From a virus: a stretch of DNA of 64,000 nt. The position numbers were made by a program, and so were the translations under genes. The stretch lies in the IMG/VR virus record IMGVR_UViG_3300019776_000564, positions 1-64,000 of that record, one strand, 5' to 3'. The notes under the pieces were generated by a model. It did not search any database. It was not told where the DNA came from and worked only from the letters and a program-made list of their open reading frames with translations. Of the stretch, positions 1-10,930 are shown in pieces; within the stretch, counting starts at the first letter, position 1, and each line of letters begins with the position of its first letter.

Positions 1-1
1 C

Positions 2-1006
2 ACTGAGATCACCCTGATTAACAGCGAAGAAGAGGTTGCAGTATGCAATCTTGGCTCTATCGTTCTGCACAAGTTTATCCGTCATGACGGCCGGCTCGAC
101 AGCGAGAAGCTTCAGAAGGTAGTTAATACCGCTGTTCGTATGTTGGACAACGTAATCGACCTGAACTACTACCCAACAGAGACATCCAGACGCAGCAACC
201 TACGTCACCGTCCAATTGGACTGGGTGTAATGGGCTATGCAGAGGCTCTGCTGAAGTGTGGCATCGATTGGGAAACCCAAGATCACTTGCAGTGGGCGGA
301 CGAGACTTTCGAGGAGATTAACTACTACTCGATCAAGGCTTCGATGAACCTTGCCAAAGAGCGTGGTGCCTACGAGACGTTCAAGGGCTCCCTGTGGTCT
401 CAAGGCAAGCTGACCATCGATACCGCTGTGGATCAGCGTATGAACGTGTTCAGCCCTATGGAATGGCAATTGCTGCGTGAGGACGTGATGCAGTACGGTA
501 TGCGTAACAGCAACCTTACCGCCATCGCACCGACTGCAACTATCGCCAACATCGTTGGTACAACTGAATGCACCCAGTTGATCAACGAGCGAGTCCTCGA
601 TAAAGAGAACCTCTCCGGGCGGTTCACTCAGATCAACCCGCTTCACAAGTACGGCAAGCCGGAACTGATCAAGACTGTGTGGGAAGTTGATCAGTTGTGG
701 TCTGTAAAGGCTAACAACCGTCGTCAGAAGTGGATCGACCAAGCTCAGTCTCTGAACCTGTATCGTAAGCAGGGCGTTAAGGGTCGCGAGATCGATACTT
801 GGTACACCGAAGCATGGCTTGGTGGTAGTAAGACCACTTACTACCTCCGTAATCAGGGAGCAGAAGATGGTGCCGGCCGTATCGAAGACAAGGTTGCTCA
901 AGAGTACGTTGCTCCTGAGCCTGAGATCGCTACCACTTACTTTGAGTACGTTGCTCCTGAGCCTGAGATCGCTACCACTTACTTTGAGTGCGAGGCTTGC
1001 CAATGA
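2..1006 (+). CDS. nrdA: Class Ia ribonucleotide reductase alpha subunit (5'-truncated by window)
   Basis: Frame open from nt 2 (TEITL..AVCNLGS); RPIGLGVMG, AIAPTATIA, IDQAQSLN, KTTYYLR; C-terminal CEACQ. Confidence 0.96.
   Translation, partial: TEITLINSEEEVAVCNLGSIVLHKFIRHDGRLDSEKLQKVVNTAVRMLDNVIDLNYYPTETSRRSNLRHRPIGLGVMGYAEALLKCGIDWETQDHLQWADETFEEINYYSIKASMNLAKERGAYETFKGSLWSQGKLTIDTAVDQRMNVFSPMEWQLLREDVMQYGMRNSNLTAIAPTATIANIVGTTECTQLINERVLDKENLSGRFTQINPLHKYGKPELIKTVWEVDQLWSVKANNRRQKWIDQAQSLNLYRKQGVKGREIDTWYTEAWLGGSKTTYYLRNQGAEDGAGRIEDKVAQEYVAPEPEIATTYFEYVAPEPEIATTYFECEACQ
902..985 (+). repeat. Perfect 42-bp tandem duplication (EYVAPEPEIATTYF x2) in nrdA C-terminal linker
   Basis: 902-943 identical to 944-985. 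Confidence 0.95.
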
Positions 1007-1057
1007 TCGACGTTCGTCCTGATATCTAACGGTAAGTAGCGCAGGGAAGCGCTTAAC

Positions 1058-1088
1058 CCGTCAAACCCCTACTTTAGAGCGCTAACAT
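1058..1088 (+). promoter_or_regulatory. CC-N8-CC-N13-TAACAT promoter-like site (first of a family, see findings); overlaps a 12-bp-arm palindrome at 1074-1099
   Basis: CC 1058-59, CC 1068-69, TAACAT 1083-88; TTAGAGCGCTAA-CA-TTAGCGCTCTAA. Confidence 0.65.
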
Positions 1089-1123
1089 TAGCGCTCTAAT
1101 TCTTTATAAAGAGTGAAAGCGCA

Positions 1124-2029
1124 GTGACTAACGAATTTAAATCGAAAACCGTCGAAGTTAACCCAGCCGATTTCACCAAAGAGAAGTGCTGGGAAAAGCT
1201 TGAGAATCTTGCAGAGATCTTGAGCGTCCCGGGTCTTCTTCAGGCAGAACTGAAGCTGAGTCCTAAGTTCGGCAAAGCCTTCGACGACAAAAGCAAAGAA
1301 CTTCTTCACCTGATCGTCGATAGCTTCGACATCGCAGAGCGCGGCACCGACGAGTCGGTCGAAAAGATCTCCAAAGCCATCAACGATATTCGGAAGATCA
1401 AGTTTGACCACTTGATCGAAGAGGTTTCTATCGGTGCTCTGGCCCTTCAGAACCTCGATATCAGCGAGGTCATTATCCATATGGAGAAGGCTGAAGAGTC
1501 TGATCTTCCGGCGGGTGATGTTGATCGCGTCAGAAAGTTTGCCGAAAACCTCGACATCGACAATGACTCCATCGCCATTGCGAAGATCCACCCAACCATT
1601 TCAAAGATCATCCGTGCCGGCGTGTTTGCAGCCGGCAGTGAAGCTGCGTTCACTGAAATGCAAATGTCCGCAATGATGGCTATCCCCGAGAGCAGCCGTG
1701 AAAATCCTTCGGTAGTTCTTGCAGGGCAAATCACCGGCGCTCTGACGAAGGCGATCATTTCCAAAGCCATTGAAGAAGATATGGTTCGAGTTACGGCTCG
1801 CTCTATCATCGAAATGGTTATCGGCGCCAAGCAAGCGATCTGCATGGATCTCATTGCACCGTTCCAACTGAGTCCGGAAAACATGATCGATTCGCTTCAC
1901 GCCAGTGTGAAGCGCAGCATCCTTGATAATGGCGAGGAGGTTGAAGAGGTTGAAGAGGACGAGTCTCAGAACATGCCTTCTATCAAAGAAACCTCCCAAG
2001 TTTTCTCTGGCAACGGAACTGTGAACTAA
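1124..2029 (+). CDS. Hypothetical acidic protein
   Basis: 301-aa ORF downstream of promoter motif. Confidence 0.8.
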   Translation: MTNEFKSKTVEVNPADFTKEKCWEKLENLAEILSVPGLLQAELKLSPKFGKAFDDKSKELLHLIVDSFDIAERGTDESVEKISKAINDIRKIKFDHLIEEVSIGALALQNLDISEVIIHMEKAEESDLPAGDVDRVRKFAENLDIDNDSIAIAKIHPTISKIIRAGVFAAGSEAAFTEMQMSAMMAIPESSRENPSVVLAGQITGALTKAIISKAIEEDMVRVTARSIIEMVIGAKQAICMDLIAPFQLSPENMIDSLHASVKRSILDNGEEVEEVEEDESQNMPSIKETSQVFSGNGTVN

Positions 2030-2030
2030 G

Positions 2031-2396
2031 ATGAATGCCAAGCAGCGCAAAATCGCAGCCAGAATGCGTGAACGTGCGCTGCTTGACTCGGATGAGAAGC
2101 TTCGGAAGATAGAGGCTTCTCTTCGCGAGTTGGCAGCGGAACGTCAAGAGTTCGAGGAGAATTGCCGTTCGGTAAAGGAAACTCTCGCCGATCAAATCAA
2201 CAAGCACAACAAAGAGGTAACTGAGTTCCGCGAAGAGCGAGCAAACGCTATGAAAACTTGGCTAGAAGAAACTGGCCGACTGGAGAACGTTAACATCGTT
2301 CGTGAGGCTCTTCTTCAACTAGAGTTGGATGTAGACCCAGCGGAAATTGCTCTGGGTATCCGAAAGCAGCTTGGACTGATAATCCCGGAGTGGTGA
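2031..2396 (+). CDS. Hypothetical coiled-coil protein
   Basis: Tightly packed ORF. Confidence 0.75.
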   Translation: MNAKQRKIAARMRERALLDSDEKLRKIEASLRELAAERQEFEENCRSVKETLADQINKHNKEVTEFREERANAMKTWLEETGRLENVNIVREALLQLELDVDPAEIALGIRKQLGLIIPEW

Positions 2397-2397
2397 T

Positions 2398-2721
2398 GTG
2401 AATAGCATTTTAGAGGATGAGGTTCTTCAAGAGACAAAACGACTTAAAGCCCTCAATAAAGATCTCGTTAATTGGTCGCAAGAGATCGAAAAGAAAGAGG
2501 TCGAGCTTTACGAGCTTCGTGACTCTCTTGAGTGCCGAGAGTTCACGGTTGATGATCGAATTGAAAAGCTCAAGAAGGCTGAGACTCAAATGAGGGCGAT
2601 TAACAAGCCTGTCATCGACCTGATCAACGAGGTTATCCTTATGCTTGAGCTTGAAGCAGACAAGGATGAAATCCTCAAAATGGCAATCGAAAAGCGAAAA
2701 GCGTTCGACATAAATTGGTAA
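2398..2721 (+). CDS. Hypothetical coiled-coil protein
   Basis: Tightly packed ORF. Confidence 0.7.
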   Translation: MNSILEDEVLQETKRLKALNKDLVNWSQEIEKKEVELYELRDSLECREFTVDDRIEKLKKAETQMRAINKPVIDLINEVILMLELEADKDEILKMAIEKRKAFDINW

Positions 2722-2761
2722 ACTCGGGCGCTAACGTCTAATCCAGTAAGAGAAATATCAA

Positions 2762-3814
2762 ATGACCAAAATCATCAAAACGCCTGGCGATTTCGATTTC
2801 GACAAAGGCATCACCGCTCAAGAGCGTGCGCTGAAGGTCATCAACTCTCGCCGTGTAATTCTCGGCCCAAATGATGATCTGATGTCCCCATCGCCAAAGA
2901 AATACGATATGCCGATGCGTATTCTGGATAAGGCTCTGCGTGACGACTGGAAGCACTGGCACGTTTCGCTGGTAGACGACCTGCGAGACTTCCGTACTCT
3001 CGATTCAAAGGTTCGTCGCTCTGTTCAGATGAACCTGGGTTTCCTGTCGAACCTCGATGGCATCCAGTTGAGCACGCTGGCAAACAACATTCAGGCTCAC
3101 ATCACAGCGCCGGAATATCGAATGGCTCTGACTCGTCAAGCCTACGAGGAGTTGGTTCACGTTCTGACCTACGACCACATGATCACGTCGTTGGAGATGG
3201 ACCCAATCGAAACCTACAATCTATTCATGACTGACGAGATTCTCGAAGCCAAGAACAGACACATCCTCAAGATGGCAAACCTGTTGGGTGACGACTTCAC
3301 TGGCGAGAACTTTGTTCGCGCTATCGTTGCCAACCAAGCTTTGGAAGGCATCTACTTCCAAATGGGCTTCAAGCGCTTCTACATCCTGCATAAACGCGGT
3401 CTGATGGCCGGCTGTGCGCAGGATATCCGCTACATCCAGCGTGACGAAGGTTCTCACCTGCAAATCTTCAACAGCATGTGGCGAGACGTTCGTAAGGAAA
3501 ACCCAGAACTGTTCACCCCGGCCGTCATGAAAGATTGCAGCGAGATCCTGCGCGTGGCTGGTGAAATGGAGATGGTCTGGAACCGCCATGTGAATCAGGG
3601 TGGTCAGTTGGGTATCACTGACGAGATCAGTGATGGCAGCATCATGTTCGGCACCAACGGCGTTGCGCGAGCAGTGGGCATCGAAGAGCCTTTCCCGCAA
3701 GTCAAGAAAGACCCTCTCGCGTGGACAGACGCCTATCTCAAAGAGCATGGCGTGGAGTCGAACTTTTTTGAAACCAAAGTCCTTGACTATGAAGACAAGG
3801 GTTTGGAGTGGTAA
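2762..3814 (+). CDS. nrdB: Ribonucleotide reductase beta subunit
   Basis: Di-metal motifs EELVHVLTY, LEGIYF, RDEGSH; C-terminal NFFETKVLDY. Confidence 0.95.
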   Translation: MTKIIKTPGDFDFDKGITAQERALKVINSRRVILGPNDDLMSPSPKKYDMPMRILDKALRDDWKHWHVSLVDDLRDFRTLDSKVRRSVQMNLGFLSNLDGIQLSTLANNIQAHITAPEYRMALTRQAYEELVHVLTYDHMITSLEMDPIETYNLFMTDEILEAKNRHILKMANLLGDDFTGENFVRAIVANQALEGIYFQMGFKRFYILHKRGLMAGCAQDIRYIQRDEGSHLQIFNSMWRDVRKENPELFTPAVMKDCSEILRVAGEMEMVWNRHVNQGGQLGITDEISDGSIMFGTNGVARAVGIEEPFPQVKKDPLAWTDAYLKEHGVESNFFETKVLDYEDKGLEW

Positions 3815-3833
3815 CGCCAAGTAGCTGAACAAG

Positions 3834-3860
3834 ACCCGGCTTAATCGCCGGGTTTCTTTT
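3834..3860 (+). terminator. Rho-independent terminator
   Basis: ACCCGGC-TTAATC-GCCGGGT followed by T tract. Confidence 0.8.
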
Positions 3861-3992
3861 GGCTAAATTTCAGTAAATCGCGGCAAAAATTTAGGACGGA
3901 TAGAATTTTAACCTTACACATAAGCCGACAACTGCCTTGTTCTACGTGACAGAATCATCTTGAGCTAAAAACGTATAGCGAGGTGATTAAGG

Positions 3993-4331
3993 ATGCGCTT
4001 TGTGAGAGCTTTAAAGACGTTATCCGCTGTTATGCTGATCTCTAGCGCTGCAATGCTCGCAAGCGTCTCAGAGAGCGTTACAGCGTCTTCCCAATGCGAT
4101 CATGAGCATCATCATGATCATGATCACGACGACGATAGCGATACCGACTACAAGCACCCGCATATTCACGCAAAGCCGGATCGATACGTCAGACCCTATT
4201 CAAGCAGTCAAGGCATAAGAGGCGACTTTGACCCCTATAATGTCTTCCGCAGCGAAGACCAAGAATCAGATTACGACCGCGATCATGGTCGTAATATGTA
4301 CGACGAATATCCCGATGAACCAGAAGAGTGA
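3993..4331 (+). CDS. Probably exported His/Asp-rich protein
   Basis: Signal-peptide-like N-terminus then HEHHHDHDHDDD; own promoter motif 3925-3955. Confidence 0.65.
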   Translation: MRFVRALKTLSAVMLISSAAMLASVSESVTASSQCDHEHHHDHDHDDDSDTDYKHPHIHAKPDRYVRPYSSSQGIRGDFDPYNVFRSEDQESDYDRDHGRNMYDEYPDEPEE

Positions 4332-4339
4332 AATGAAAC

Positions 4340-5302
4340 ATGGCTAATACGCACGACTCTACCTATCTTCGACAGGTAAAAGGTCTGCTTGAGTACGGTC
4401 GAAAAAGCAGTGATCGAACTGGCACTGGCACAATCAAAGCTGCCGGCCTGTCCATGCGATTTCATATGGACAACGGCTTCCCTCTGCTGACCAGCAAATT
4501 CACCAGTATGCGGTTCATCGAACTGGAACTTCGCATGTTCCTGAACGGTATCACGGACAACAAGTTCCTGGCTGATGAAGGTGTCAATATCTGGACGCCG
4601 TTCGCCAACGAAAACGGCGATTTGGGGCCTATCTACGGTTCTATTTGGCGCGGCATCGATAGCGACGAGCAGCCTGTGGATCAGATCACCGAGCTAATGA
4701 AAGGCTTGCGTGAGAACCCAATGAGCCGCCGGCATATCGTTACTGGCTGGATTCCCAAGCTTCTGCCTGTCGAAGGTCGAAGCCACGCTGAAAACGTCAA
4801 TAACGGTCTGCAAGCGCTCCCACCGTGTCACACCATGTGGCAAGTTCACTGCTGTGAGTTGACGGTAGAAGAGCGTGAAGAGCTGGCTCAGAAGTCGCAC
4901 AAAACCTACCCGGTTCTTGAAAGCGATGAGCAGCGCAATTGCGTATTCGATAACCTGAATATCCCACGTTACGGCGTCAGCTTGCAGCTCTATCAGCGTT
5001 CGGCCGACATGTTCCTGGGTGTGCCGTTCAACATCGCTTCTTATAGCCTGCTGCTGCATTACATCGCGCACAGTCTGAATATGAAGCCTATGGAGTTCAT
5101 CTGGAACGGTGGTGACTGCCATATCTACAACAACCACATCGAGCAGATGAATCTGCAAATCTCCCGAGAGGAAGAAGCGCCGGCCTCTCCGACCATTCGC
5201 TTCGCGTGTGCTCCTAAAAATATCTGGGACTATACGGCTGATGATTTCGAGATCGTCGGCTATAAGCACATGGGCAAAATTCAAGGAGACATGGCTGTAT
5301 GA
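4340..5302 (+). CDS. thyA: Thymidylate synthase
   Basis: DRTGTGT, FPLLTSK, LGPIYG, ALPPCH, YQRSADMFLGVPFNIASY, GDCHIYNNH. Confidence 0.97.
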   Translation: MANTHDSTYLRQVKGLLEYGRKSSDRTGTGTIKAAGLSMRFHMDNGFPLLTSKFTSMRFIELELRMFLNGITDNKFLADEGVNIWTPFANENGDLGPIYGSIWRGIDSDEQPVDQITELMKGLRENPMSRRHIVTGWIPKLLPVEGRSHAENVNNGLQALPPCHTMWQVHCCELTVEEREELAQKSHKTYPVLESDEQRNCVFDNLNIPRYGVSLQLYQRSADMFLGVPFNIASYSLLLHYIAHSLNMKPMEFIWNGGDCHIYNNHIEQMNLQISREEEAPASPTIRFACAPKNIWDYTADDFEIVGYKHMGKIQGDMAV

Positions 5303-6144
5303 TGCTCAAGCAAATTTCGCTGTCTATGACAGATAGCGGCGCGATAGGTGTTGGTGACAATCTCCTGTTCTTGTCGAAGGCTGATCTTTTAAGATTCTCC
5401 AAGTTCACTGCCGGCACTGTGATGATTGCTGGGTTTAATACCGCTCAGCAGATGATCTCCGGCGGCGCGAGAATCACTAAAAGCCGACCACTTGTGGTTA
5501 TCACTGAAAGTCGCCATATTTCCTTTCGCCTAAACAGCGAAGAGGGCTATGTCTACTACGCGTCCAGCCTGAAAGAGGCTATCAGTCTCTCTTCGGTGCT
5601 CTGCGAAGAGTATGGTCTTAACGGATATACGATTGTAGGCGGCGTGACCGTGTACAACGATTATCTTGAAATGGTCGACTTGGGCAAAGAAAGGCCGAAT
5701 AGCGCCTATATCTTCAAGCATGAGCTTGATCCATCTAAGCCTGTTCATCCTGAAACGCGCAGCATCAAGCTGGACTTTAAGCGGGTTCTTAAGTTGCTTG
5801 AAGCGCGCATGGTTGACCCGGCGATCAGTTCGATAAAGGCTGACATTCACGGCGGCACTTACAGCGCTCAAACCCGAAGCAAAGGTGGCGAGATCATCAC
5901 CATCTATGACCAAGACTGTATTGACCCAACCTGCGCTCGCAAGATTGGCAATCAGCTTCGCATCAAGTCGGACGCTTCGACGGCGACCATTCGCACTCGC
6001 TCCATCGCCGGCTGGCACGTAAGACGAGATATTCAGTCTGTGGATATCTGGCTCGAAAGCGGTGAAAGCGTTACCTTACGCACAAGCAGTAAGTCCGGGT
6101 TGAACTCCCTGATTTTTGAATTGAACATGACTGCGTTCGACTAA
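5299..6144 (+). CDS. Divergent dihydrofolate reductase-like protein with C-terminal extension
   Basis: GAIGVGDNL..DLLRF..T..IAGFNT, IVGG..VY; coupled to thyA. Confidence 0.65.
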   Translation: MMLKQISLSMTDSGAIGVGDNLLFLSKADLLRFSKFTAGTVMIAGFNTAQQMISGGARITKSRPLVVITESRHISFRLNSEEGYVYYASSLKEAISLSSVLCEEYGLNGYTIVGGVTVYNDYLEMVDLGKERPNSAYIFKHELDPSKPVHPETRSIKLDFKRVLKLLEARMVDPAISSIKADIHGGTYSAQTRSKGGEIITIYDQDCIDPTCARKIGNQLRIKSDASTATIRTRSIAGWHVRRDIQSVDIWLESGESVTLRTSSKSGLNSLIFELNMTAFD

Positions 6145-6194
6145 ATCAACTAAAGGCTCAGCGTGTTGCTGAGCCTTCCACCAAAGGAAATACC

Positions 6195-6842
6195 ATGCCT
6201 CATCCTCAGTTTATCCTCGCCGTAGAAAACGAAACTCTGATCAAAGCAGGTCTCACCGGAGTTGAGCAGGAGCTTCACGTTCTACAGGTTCAGGATTTCC
6301 TACCTCATATCCAAGGTGGCATCGTTATTGGACAGCGCGAAGCGCTTGAGGTTGACGAGTCCAAGCGTCAGATCCTCCCGTACATCACTCTGACCAAGAA
6401 GATCGACGGCGTGCAGAAGTTCTTCGCATACCGTCGCGGTAAAGGCGTTGGTGAAAGTCGTCTGAGCGGCAACGTCAGCATCGGTGTAGGCGGTCATATC
6501 GATCTCGCCGACGTTGTTCATACCGGCAGCGTTATCGATACCATGAGCACTGTCATCACCGCAGTGACCCGTGAACTTGGAGAGGAGATCGAGTTCACTG
6601 GCGACGGTGATGTTGGATTCAACAGCATCGGTGCAATCGTAGAAAACACCAACGCTGTTGGTCGAGTTCACATGGCTCTGTCCATTCTCGGTATTGTTTC
6701 AGAGGACACAGAGGTCAAGTGCGCAGAAGAAGAGTTGGAAACGCTTGGCTGGTTTACCGCAAAAGAGCTTCTGAACTCCGGGTTGCCTCTCGAAAACTGG
6801 ACAAAGATTCTCTGCAACTTCCTCGCGGAGAATGAAGAGTGA
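6195..6842 (+). CDS. NUDIX-family phosphoesterase
   Basis: KRQILPY, SIGVGGHID, RELGEE, VGRVH, LENWT. Confidence 0.8.
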   Translation: MPHPQFILAVENETLIKAGLTGVEQELHVLQVQDFLPHIQGGIVIGQREALEVDESKRQILPYITLTKKIDGVQKFFAYRRGKGVGESRLSGNVSIGVGGHIDLADVVHTGSVIDTMSTVITAVTRELGEEIEFTGDGDVGFNSIGAIVENTNAVGRVHMALSILGIVSEDTEVKCAEEELETLGWFTAKELLNSGLPLENWTKILCNFLAENEE

Positions 6843-7429
6843 GCAAACTCATTGGCGTTGTAGGTGTAATGGGAACGGGTAAAACCACTCTCTGCGCTGA
6901 GAGCGGCTATGAGTTCATCAAGACCGACGTGTCCGGGATATATAAGCGAAACAACCTTGATCCTAAGGTGTTTATGGATTTCGATACTCGTCTGCGGATT
7001 CAGGAAGAGATTCTTGAGTACCACAGCGATATCTGGATGAAGGCTAAAAATGACTCGATGACGGTCATGATCACTGACAGAACGCCGCTTTGTTTCATGG
7101 CGTTCACCCTTGCAGAGATTAGCGGTTATGGATCGCTAACAGAAAAGCAGGATCAGGATCTAAAGAGCTACATTCATCGGTGCTGGTTGGCTATGAAGCT
7201 TTTCGACGGCATCGTGTATCTCAGTCAGTCATTCACGCCTCCTGTAGACCTCTCTGGGAAGGTTCGAGCCTCTATGTCATATGGTTATCGAGAACACTAC
7301 GATAACCTTCTGAAGGGGCTTATGAGCGACATGGATGCTTATCTGGCTAAGTGCGACACATCCGATAAGATTGCAAGGCTTTCGCGCCTTCATCGGTTTG
7401 TTCGCTATGTGAACTGGGTATCGACTTAA
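6839..7429 (+). CDS. P-loop nucleotide kinase-like protein
   Basis: GVMGTGKT, ITDRTP. Confidence 0.75.
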   Translation: MSKLIGVVGVMGTGKTTLCAESGYEFIKTDVSGIYKRNNLDPKVFMDFDTRLRIQEEILEYHSDIWMKAKNDSMTVMITDRTPLCFMAFTLAEISGYGSLTEKQDQDLKSYIHRCWLAMKLFDGIVYLSQSFTPPVDLSGKVRASMSYGYREHYDNLLKGLMSDMDAYLAKCDTSDKIARLSRLHRFVRYVNWVST

Positions 7430-7509
7430 CGCCCATGTAAGCCCTCAGTAGAAAAGTTAGACTGTCAGCTATCAAAGTGACAGTCTTTTTTATTGAAGGA
7501 GAACAAGCA

Positions 7510-8205
7510 ATGCCAGCAGCTAAACCAGCAGTAAAGAAAACTCCGCTGACAACCAAGCAAAAAGAAATCATCACCAACTCTGTGTGCATGGCCCTGTCCA
7601 AGCAGGTTCACGCGGAGACCTGGGAAAATGTCTGCAATGCCTTCGATCGTGGCTTCAAAACGTTCTTTGACGAGATCTACAAGACGCCGGATCAGAAGGC
7701 TGCAATCGAAGTTCTTGTCAGGGATAGCCTTGTAGAAATTATCCCGAGCGTAGAAATCAGGGACTATGTGAATTTCCACATCGTCACCATTGACGCCGGC
7801 ATTGAAGAGTTCAGCGTCGAGACGGGCATCGGCTGCGGCAAGAACTACAGCAAAGGCAAGACGATCATCAGCGGGCGATCAATGGTAGGTATGAAGGGTA
7901 AGTGGCCCAACTTCATCTCCGAAAAGATCAAGTACGCAGGCGATGAGTACGAACCGCTTCGTAAAGCGATGCTTGAGGATGTGACCAAGCAGCTTCTGCC
8001 TTATAAGAAGTATGCCCATGTTGCTCGCGTAACCAGAGCTACTGTTCACGGCTCTAAGTACGTTGAGGATCTCAAAGCCGACATGCCGGAGATCGCTGAT
8101 CTCATCAATGAAGTAACCAAAGTACCTCCACCTGTGCCGACAGTTATCAGCCCTGCAATCAGCGCCTCTCTGTCCTCCCTGTCGCCTATTCGAGTTTGCG
8201 AATGA
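7510..8205 (+). CDS. Hypothetical protein
   Basis: AAGGAG RBS; promoter motif 7433-7463. Confidence 0.75.
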   Translation: MPAAKPAVKKTPLTTKQKEIITNSVCMALSKQVHAETWENVCNAFDRGFKTFFDEIYKTPDQKAAIEVLVRDSLVEIIPSVEIRDYVNFHIVTIDAGIEEFSVETGIGCGKNYSKGKTIISGRSMVGMKGKWPNFISEKIKYAGDEYEPLRKAMLEDVTKQLLPYKKYAHVARVTRATVHGSKYVEDLKADMPEIADLINEVTKVPPPVPTVISPAISASLSSLSPIRVCE

Positions 8206-10296
8206 AACGTTTATTTAAGGATGTTCAATTGGTTCTGACATCGGCGATCACCCTGGCAATCGGTCTGGCTTTTGGTGCTGTAATTGGCTCAGCGCTTGTA
8301 GATAAGCCTAACGAAAACGAAACGAGGGCGGCTCAGAACGAGCTTTGCCTCAAGGCCAACATGAAGCCTATTCTCGAAAAAGGCGAAATCGTCTGCTCTC
8401 CAAGTGAGGGCATTCAGTTGATCCGCGACTTCTTTGACACAAAGATGGCTAGCATTGTGATCGCTGAAAAGCTGCGACAAGAAGGCTTCCGCCCTAAAGG
8501 TGACGTGAACTGGCCTTCTGATAAAAAGGAAGACTTCAGGAAGCTGAACCCAATTGACCCAAACAGCTTTGAAACCAAGTCTAAGGTCACTGAGTAATGA
8601 ACGCATCTGAAGCCTTTTTGAAGTTCTGCAAGAAGAAAGGTATCAAGCCTAACGGTCAATTTGCTGAAGAGAATGGCTATCTATTCGTTGAGGGCTACAA
8701 GGTCGGTCACAAGACTGCAAGCGACCGAGTGCTGAAGTTCCAGCGCATGAGCAAAAAGGCTTCTCAAATGCAGCTTGAGGAGCACACAGAGGTTCTTGAG
8801 AAGTTCCTCAGGGTTTATCAGGCCGCTATTGCAGTCGTCAAAAGTGAAATTGCGGATGTAGCTGTTCATCCGTGTGACGAGAACAATGAAGAGGTGAAAG
8901 CTAAAAAGCTCCCACCTCTTCTTTCCGACCTTTACGAAGCGCTCAAGGATGTCCCTTGAGCATTACAAGTGGAGATGAAAATGAGCAAGCTTAGTCGTAG
9001 CCGTAAGCGTGAGATCCGGGAGAAAGTTCGTGAAGCTGTAGCTTGCGAGATTCGCGATCTGGACGCAAAGGTGTTTGAAAACATCGCGGAGAACGAAGAG
9101 GAACAGGCTTACGTGATGAAGGAGCGTGAAGAGATTGCCGCTCGCATCAACTATAAGCCGACAGGTGATAGCGAGTGAGCCAAACAAAGCTGCAATCTCT
9201 GAAAGAGACGCTATCCAACACTTTCATTGGCATGTTGGGTAGCTGGCTGATTGTTCTCACCTGCATAACCTACATTCAAAACAACCTTGTAGCGGCAACA
9301 ACCTCGACCATCCTTTGCACCTTTTGGAGCGTTGGTCGGGGTTACTGTGTTCGCCGCTACTTCAACAAACGAGAGACAGCATGAAAAAGCTTACAGACAA
9401 GGTTCAGAAACTCGAAGCTCGGGCTAAGCGAACCCTTGCGAAGAAACAGGCAAAGAAGCTTGAGCATCAGGCGGCAAAGTTCCGAGAGGACAGCTTGAAG
9501 CTTGGCTCGCAGCTTTCGGTTGCAGGTCAAAACATCTACAAGATCAACCATCCGGCGTATGAGGAGCTTATCCTCCCGCTTCTTGAACGAGCAGCGTCCA
9601 TCGCAGCGTTCTATGGCTTCAACGCGCTGTTTCAGGTTCATACGCCATTTGAAGAGCAGCCTCTGTTCACCAGTTGTATTGGTACGTTAAACGAAGAAAC
9701 CATTACCCCGACAATGCGCGGCTGCATCGAACTGATCGAGAAGCGCCCTGTCATTGGCAAGGTCAATGACGAGCTTATCTCTAAGCCTCGTACTGAACCT
9801 CTGATCCCCAAAGAATAGCTGCGATAATCACTGCTCATTAGTGAGGTGTTAAATGAGCGACGAATACTGCCTTGATGACGAACTCACCCGTAAAGCGGGT
9901 GAGGCTGCGTTATGGCTTGATGGGGAGATCAAGCGAGGAGGTCTTACACGATTTGAGGCTTACAACGCCCTTATCGTGTTCGATATGATCACGCTTGGCT
10001 TGATAGACCCGAAGTTCAACGACTGGGCGCGTGAAGAGCGAAACAAGGCTGCTATTGCCTATCCCGACAAGGTTGTTATGCACGCATACAACGCAAAGGG
10101 AGAGGAAACAGTTATTTCCGTTTCTCTTCGCCGTTCTGTGGGTGAAGTGGTCGTAACGCAACTGACCAGAAACCCGGAGTTTACATCGAAGACTCATACC
10201 TTTGATAACGAACCCGATCCCGTAACTGCTGCTTGCAAAGGCTATCTCGATATCATCGATAGGCTCAAAAGCAAGGGCTGTGTGGTGGTAGCCTAA
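8202..10296 (+). CDS. Run of six hypothetical ORFs (8202-8597 membrane-anchored, 8597-8959, 8969-9178, 9175-9384 membrane, 9381-9818, 9853-10296)
   Basis: Overlapping start/stop packing. Confidence 0.7.
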
Positions 10297-10297
10297 T

Positions 10298-10864
10298 ATG
10301 TCCTGGAAAGTGCTTGCGTTTGGAGATATTGAAACCACAGGACTTAAGCAGGAGGATGGTCATCGAATCATCGAAGTTGCTTTGTCCTGCTGGGGATTCA
10401 ATACGGTAACTGGCGAAAGAAGAAAGATTGGTAAGCCTTACATTCAGCGAATCAACCCGGAAAGGCCGATCGATCCGGGCGCTGAGGCTGTTCACAAGAT
10501 CAGTCTGTCTGATCTTCGCGGCAAGCCAAAGTGGAAAGCAGTAGCGCCGATCGTCAGCAACATCCTCAGCAAGACCGATATCTTTGTTGCCCACAACGCT
10601 CAGTTTGACGCTCCATTTTTGGCGCTTGAGCTTGTTCGTGAGGGCTTGCCGATGCCTACTTTTGGCGTCTACTGCACTATGGATAACGGTCGAAAGGCTA
10701 CCGGGATGGGTAAGGTGCCTAATCTAGGTGAGCTTGCTTACGCATGTGGTATCGATTACGACGCGGACGCTGCTCACAGCGCACTCTATGACACTCAGCT
10801 TTTGGAAGAGTGTTACTGGATAGGCGTTGATCGTGGCCTGTACAAGAGTCCGGCTGATCTGTAG
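10298..10864 (+). CDS. DEDDh 3'-5' exonuclease (DnaQ/epsilon-like)
   Basis: DIETTG, VAHNAQFD, HSALYD. Confidence 0.92.
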   Translation: MSWKVLAFGDIETTGLKQEDGHRIIEVALSCWGFNTVTGERRKIGKPYIQRINPERPIDPGAEAVHKISLSDLRGKPKWKAVAPIVSNILSKTDIFVAHNAQFDAPFLALELVREGLPMPTFGVYCTMDNGRKATGMGKVPNLGELAYACGIDYDADAAHSALYDTQLLEECYWIGVDRGLYKSPADL

Positions 10865-10930
10865 CTGCCGACTCTTTCCTGTGTGCGCTGCGTAAAATCA
10901 GCGCACAATCAACAACATAGAGCGCACAAC

